64,000 nt of DNA from Fimicolochytrium jonesii (taxonomy: Eukaryota): NCBI RefSeq assembly GCF_025526975.1, contig NW_026515673.1, positions 124,001-188,000 of the forward strand, given 5' to 3'. Position 1 is the first letter of the stretch. Every line of letters starts with the position of its first letter. The notes beneath the pieces are model-generated. The model did not search any database. It was not told where the DNA came from and was given only the letters and a program-made list of their open reading frames with translations. Of this stretch, positions 63,554 through 64,000 are shown one piece after another. The position numbers were made by a program, and so were the translations under genes.

Positions 63554-64000
63554 CTACGACGTATGTAGATTTGTGACGGAACCGATAGAGATAGCTCTGT
63601 GTACTTTGTAATAATCCGGCTTGGCAGCGTGCTGGAGCTTCAGCGACATAACCCAACCCTGTTCAAGGAAAACCTCCTGGGGAAGTGTCGTCCTGACGTA
63701 TGCCGTTGGGACGACACTTCTGAAGGGTGTTTTCGGAGCAGGACGATAGATAACCCTGACCATGTCGAGTGTTTGGCGTTCCTGATCCTCTACGTCGACG
63801 ATCTGATACTTATGAGCAACAAGAGACTCGATCTTGACCACTTCAAAGCCAAGGAACTTCAGAAGGCATGGTTGGAAATGGACGGACAAATGGTCGGAAT
63901 CAGGTCGTGTGAAGCCTGTCTCGATGAGAGTGCTGTGGATTTCGATGTTCCATTCCCTGGGGCCTTGTTTAAGACCATAGGGGGTCTTCTTAAGTTTAAG
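63554..64000 (-). mobile_element. Ty1/copia reverse transcriptase fragment, degenerate, runs off window end
   Basis: Minus strand from 64000: LKLKKTPYGLKQGPREWNIEIHSTLIETGFTRPDSD matches the copia RT motif LxKxLYGLKQAPRxW...L...GF. Confidence 0.85.

Noticed and set aside
1..64000. tRNA, rRNA, snRNA genes or CRISPR-like arrays
   Set aside because: None recognised by eye; tRNAscan-SE and Infernal would be needed to exclude them.

Overview
Gene-dense, GC-rich, intron-containing fungal genomic DNA. An early-diverging lineage, probably a chytrid, is inferred from the gene content: Crinkler-type domain, MTase-only HEN1, TPR-bearing Mps1, tetraspanin. Recognisable genes in order: PP2A B55/CDC55, tetraspanin, F-box-like protein, ALG7/DPAGT1, GILT-family thiol reductase, HEN1, PRM1, ATM/TEL1, sphingolipid delta-4 desaturase, a small EYAKREGGA-tail protein, a Crinkler-like gene (probably decayed), a cysteine-free bacterial-type M13 peptidase, ureG, MPS1, a DHA2-type MFS transporter, DSK2/ubiquilin, a secreted GPI-type protein and a C2H2 zinc-finger protein. 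Mobile DNA: two disrupted Tc1 elements (one with intact TIRs and TA target duplication), a copia RT fragment, a MITE-like inverted repeat, and faint hAT/piggyBac-like relics. The most striking observation is that introns of two unrelated genes 41 kb apart (HEN1, 361 nt; DSK2, 362 nt) are homologous in the same orientation and register, and a third long intron (CDC55) shares motifs. This points to an Introner-like or intron-resident RNA element family. Also notable: 9-28 nt microexons in ATM and ureG, and a recurrent C-rich to G-rich switch towards exon and gene 3' ends. All calls come from reading the sequence by eye; no searches were run.
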